This document shows, in pieces, positions 60,854 through 64,000 of a stretch of 64,000 bases of DNA; position 1 is the stretch's first letter; each line of letters starts with the position of its first letter. Source of the stretch: Gaiella sp. (GTDB taxonomy: Bacteria > Actinomycetota > Thermoleophilia > Gaiellales > Gaiellaceae); the NCBI GenBank assembly GCA_046160185.1, contig JBJXGY010000208.1, forward strand, positions 1,843-65,842, written 5' to 3'. The position numbers were made by a program, and so were the translations under genes. Below the pieces are notes generated by a model, which was not told the origin of the DNA, searched no databases, and saw nothing but the letters and a program-made list of their open reading frames with translations.

Positions 60854-61537
60854 GTGACCGGGCCGGCTCTACCACTCTGGGAGGCGGTGGCCCGGCTGCT
60901 GTTCGTCATCCTGCTCGCCGGGCTCGTCGGGCTGGAGCGCCAGCTGCGCGATCAGGACGCGGGAATCCGCACGCACATGCTCGTCGGCCTGGGCTCGGCG
61001 CTCTTCGTGATCACCGGCAACTACGCCTGGGACGGCCTCCCGTTCGGCAACGCGGTGGGCGTCGTTCTCGATCCCTCCCGGGTGGTCGCCTACGTCGTCA
61101 CCGGGATCGGCTTCCTCGGAGCCGGCGCTATCATCAAGAGCGGCTTCAACGTGCGTGGCCTGACGACAGCGGCATCGCTCTGGGTGGTGGCCGCGGTGGG
61201 TGTCGGCGTGGGCGCGGGCGAGTACTGGCTGGGCACGGTCGCGACCGGCATCATCCTGCTCAGCCTGTGGCCGGTGCGGAAACTGTCGGCAGCGGTCGGC
61301 CTCCGCTCCACGTCCTCGCACTCACTGACGGCTGTCGTCTCCGGGGCAGACACGATCCAGAACGTGTTCGCGGTCGTGGCGGAGGCAGGCGGCGACGTGT
61401 ATTCGGCCTCAGTGACCGCCGAGGAGGACGCTCAACGGGTCGTGATCGTCTTCGGGGCAACGAAGCAGAACGCCGAGCGGGCGTTTCACGCTCTTGTCGA
61501 TGCGCCGGCCATGCGGACGGTCTCGCTGGAATCGTGA
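60854..61537 (+). CDS. MgtC/SapB family membrane protein
   Basis: LLAGLVGLERQLRDQDAGIRTHMLVGLGSALF and GIGFLGAGAIIK motifs, plus a soluble C-terminal domain. Confidence 0.8.
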   Translation: MTGPALPLWEAVARLLFVILLAGLVGLERQLRDQDAGIRTHMLVGLGSALFVITGNYAWDGLPFGNAVGVVLDPSRVVAYVVTGIGFLGAGAIIKSGFNVRGLTTAASLWVVAAVGVGVGAGEYWLGTVATGIILLSLWPVRKLSAAVGLRSTSSHSLTAVVSGADTIQNVFAVVAEAGGDVYSASVTAEEDAQRVVIVFGATKQNAERAFHALVDAPAMRTVSLES

Positions 61538-61962
61538 TGATCGGCGGTTCAGCCGCGCGAGGTACGTCGTCAGCTCACGCGGGCCCCGGACATCTCAGTC
61601 CCGAACCAGCGATGGACGTCATGCAGCGCTACGGTTGCCACCATCGCCTCGATGCGCCCGCGCCTGTCGTCCTCGGGCAACTCGAGTGCGAGTGCGATCG
61701 TGCCGGCCAGGCCCTCGACGTCGAGGGGATTACAGGGCAACGCGGCACGTAGCTACTCGGCGGCGCCGGCGAACCCGCGGAGTGCCACAACGCCGGTCCC
61801 GCCCCGGGCGCGCTGCGCGAAACAGGCGACTTGATAGCCTTGACTGTCTGTCTCGCACGGTTCGCGCCATCGGTGCGAGGTGTCGTCTGGCTACTCGGAA
61901 ACGGATGAGTCTTGGAGCGTGAGACCGGCTGGCGGGCGCGAAGACCGAAACCTCCATTTCGA

Positions 61963-64000
61963 TTGACGGCGCTGCGGGCGGCTGGGGTGTTTCTGGCGGT
62001 GGGGCTCCCCTACGCCGGCGGTTCCCAGCTCGCAAACTCGTGGTTCAACGCCGAGGGTGCCGGTGCGATGATGTTCCCCTCAGCAGGGATCACGCTCGCC
62101 GCGCTGGTGCTGCTGCCGGTTCGCTGGTGGCCCGCGGCAGTCGCGGGAGCGGGATGCGCGGAATTCGTCGTCGACCTGATACACGGGCTCACGCTCACAG
62201 CGACCGCTGGCTACACCCTTGCCAACACGGTCCAGCCTGTACTCGGTGCGACGCTGCTCCTGCTCGCCGTCGGCGAGCGGGTCGACATCAGCCGCATGCG
62301 AGACCTCGGCGCCTATCTCGCGTGTGCCGTGATCGCCGCTCCGGCGGCCGGCGGGGCGATCGGAGCCACCACGTTCGTCCTGGCCGAGTCGGGCGGCAGC
62401 TGGTTCCGCTTCGCGGGCGAGTGGTGGATCGGGGACGGCATCGGGATGTTGGTGGTCGGCATCTCCATCCTGGCGGCGGCGGCCGCCTGGAGACGGAGGG
62501 AGGGACGAGGTCGCGCCACAGAGACCGTTGTACTCGTCTCACTCGCCGTCGCGACCGCCGGGCTCGTCTTCTGGTTGGAGAATCTCCTGCTGGCCTTCGC
62601 TCCGGTCGCCCTGCTGCTGGTCATCGGTTTCCGGCTGGGGATGTACGCGGTGACCCTTTCCGGGGCCGGCATCGCGGTGGCCGCGGCGGAAGCGACTGCC
62701 GGCGGCCATACGTTCTGGGAGCAGTTGGACGTTTCACCGCAGGACGGCCTGATCTACCTCCAGCTCGTGCTGGCCTTCATCATCGTCACGCCTCTCCTGC
62801 TCACGGCCGCGCTTCGCAGCCGCGACCAGGCGGTGCGGGAACTGGCCGTGACGGCGAAACGTGCGGCGCTGATGGAGGTGTCCGCCGCGTTGTCGGCAGC
62901 GACCACGGAGGCGGGGGTCGTGAGCGCACTCGAGCAAACAGCCCTTCGCCCGTTCGGGGCCAAGATCGCGTTTCTCGCCGTCGTCGACGGCGACGACATC
63001 CGTCTCACCGGCCCCACGGTGGGCATCCTCGACGGGCTTGCGGCCTGGGAAGGCCCCTTCGGACAGGCAATCGCAGGTGCCCGGCGCGTCGAGCGTGAGT
63101 TCGAGGTCGTCGTGCAAGGCGTCGGCCTGGGGTCCTGTGCGGTGGTGCCCCTTCCGGTGCTGGCCGCCGGGCCGCGCGGGGCGGTAGGTCTCGGCTTCCG
63201 CCATCCCCACAGGCTCACGGGCGGCGAGTGGCAAAGGCTCGAGGCCCTCGCAGAGATGACGGCGCACGCGCTCGCGCGCGCCCGGCTGCTGAAGCTCGAG
63301 GGCCAGGCCAGGCGGAACGCCGAGATCCTCGAGGCGCACGCCGAGCGGCTCGCCGGCGCTCTCACGATCAACGATGTGGCGCGGGCAACGGTTGCCGAGG
63401 TGCAGGACTACGGCATCCACTCTGTCGCCTTCATCCGGTGCCGAGAGCCAGGCACTGCCGAGGTACTTGCCGTCGCGGGTCTCGAACATGGCGCGGCGGG
63501 AGACGAGGCGATCGACATCGGCACCAGTGGCTTGACCGCAGACGTTCTGCGAAGCGGCGATGCCGTGATCGTCCAGACGCGTGCAGACTACGACGAGCTC
63601 TACCCTGAACGAGCGACCAGGCGCGGGGAGCTCCCTAGCGAGGCTCTGGCCGTGATCCCGCTTCAGGGATCCGGCGGCACCGTGCTCGGAGCGCTTTACG
63701 CCGGCTCCCATCACCGGCTCTGGCTGACCGGGGAACGGACGGCCGTGCTCACGGGCCTGGCGAGGCAGGCAGGCGTCGCGCTCGAGCGCGCAACGCTTTT
63801 CGACGTCGAGCGAGAGGAGCGCGACCGCGCCGAGCGAGCCGAGATTCGCGCGAGCCGCCTCTACAGCTTCACCGACGCGGTGTCGAAGGAGACGGATCCC
63901 GAGCGCCTTCACGCCGTCCTGGCGTCCAAGTTCCGAAGCGCGACCGGCGCTGCCTGGGCAGGCGTGTTTCGCCTCGATACCGAAGGTCGGACACTGCGCC
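61963..64000 (+). CDS. membrane sensor protein: polytopic N-terminal domain (MASE1-like) plus at least two GAF-like domains; 3' end beyond window
   Basis: My own translation from TTG 61963 (alternative TTG 61912), open to the window end. About 8 hydrophobic segments are followed by repeated GAF-like modules. The output domain is not visible. Confidence 0.6.
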   Translation, partial: MTALRAAGVFLAVGLPYAGGSQLANSWFNAEGAGAMMFPSAGITLAALVLLPVRWWPAAVAGAGCAEFVVDLIHGLTLTATAGYTLANTVQPVLGATLLLLAVGERVDISRMRDLGAYLACAVIAAPAAGGAIGATTFVLAESGGSWFRFAGEWWIGDGIGMLVVGISILAAAAAWRRREGRGRATETVVLVSLAVATAGLVFWLENLLLAFAPVALLLVIGFRLGMYAVTLSGAGIAVAAAEATAGGHTFWEQLDVSPQDGLIYLQLVLAFIIVTPLLLTAALRSRDQAVRELAVTAKRAALMEVSAALSAATTEAGVVSALEQTALRPFGAKIAFLAVVDGDDIRLTGPTVGILDGLAAWEGPFGQAIAGARRVEREFEVVVQGVGLGSCAVVPLPVLAAGPRGAVGLGFRHPHRLTGGEWQRLEALAEMTAHALARARLLKLEGQARRNAEILEAHAERLAGALTINDVARATVAEVQDYGIHSVAFIRCREPGTAEVLAVAGLEHGAAGDEAIDIGTSGLTADVLRSGDAVIVQTRADYDELYPERATRRGELPSEALAVIPLQGSGGTVLGALYAGSHHRLWLTGERTAVLTGLARQAGVALERATLFDVEREERDRAERAEIRASRLYSFTDAVSKETDPERLHAVLASKFRSATGAAWAGVFRLDTEGRTLR

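Noticed and set aside
61560-61740. Minus-strand frame encoding ...LDVEGLAGTIALALELPEDDRRGRIEAMVATVALHDVHRWFGTEMSGARVS
   Set aside because: It looks protein-like, but there is no start codon giving more than 24 aa and I recognise no family. It may be a gene remnant, and I cannot support it as a feature.

Overview
This is a high-GC window (about 70% by eye) from an Actinomycetota-like chromosome. It is densely coded, and many neighbouring genes overlap by 4 nt (ATGA/GTGA), which defines the operons. All homology calls were made by eye from the supplied translations; no searches were run.

Layout:
- **1-24.9 kb, catabolic supercluster.** It contains a sugar-type ABC transporter, L-rhamnose mutarotase, a fucose/arabinose-isomerase-like gene and five SDRs. 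It also has a Zn-ADH, Gfo/Idh/MocA, creatininase-like, VOC, an MlrC-like M81 peptidase and a P450. Further genes are a TIM-barrel isomerase/epimerase, a 2-oxoacid dehydrogenase set in the order E1beta-E2-E1alpha, and a hydantoinase A/B pair preceded by a Cys-rich protein I cannot place. I could find no transcription factor gene in this block.
- **24.9-31.3 kb.** Penicillin-acylase-family gene, a three-gene membrane/cupredoxin-like operon, and an ST7-like protein.
- **31.4-38.7 kb, housekeeping.** gatCAB, cspA, folD, an arginase-family gene and tRNA-Cys.
- **38.7-47.4 kb.** Secreted proteins, a GNAT, a hybrid histidine kinase coupled to an amidase, proline dehydrogenase and an O-methyltransferase.
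- **47.4-64 kb, stress island.** A SigB/SigF-type sigma factor, RsbW, three STAS proteins, a degenerate RsbW-like protein, four PRC-barrel proteins, two SRPBCC proteins, several small ORFs below the 60-aa cutoff of the ORF track, and a membrane-GAF sensor.

The strongest finding is a recurring motif, GTTT-N16/17-GGGAA[C/G/T], upstream of at least eight genes or operons in the stress island, including the sigma operon itself. It often sits 8-10 nt from the start codon, which implies leaderless transcripts.

Other points of interest:
- a 24-nt promoter/operator box shared by two catabolic operons;
- a roughly 60-nt AT-rich rare-codon patch inside gatB;
- a start-codon/frame anomaly in the isomerase gene;
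- kinase-dead and non-phosphorylatable partner-switching paralogs.

I saw no CRISPR array, rRNA, transposase, integrase or recognisable defence system.
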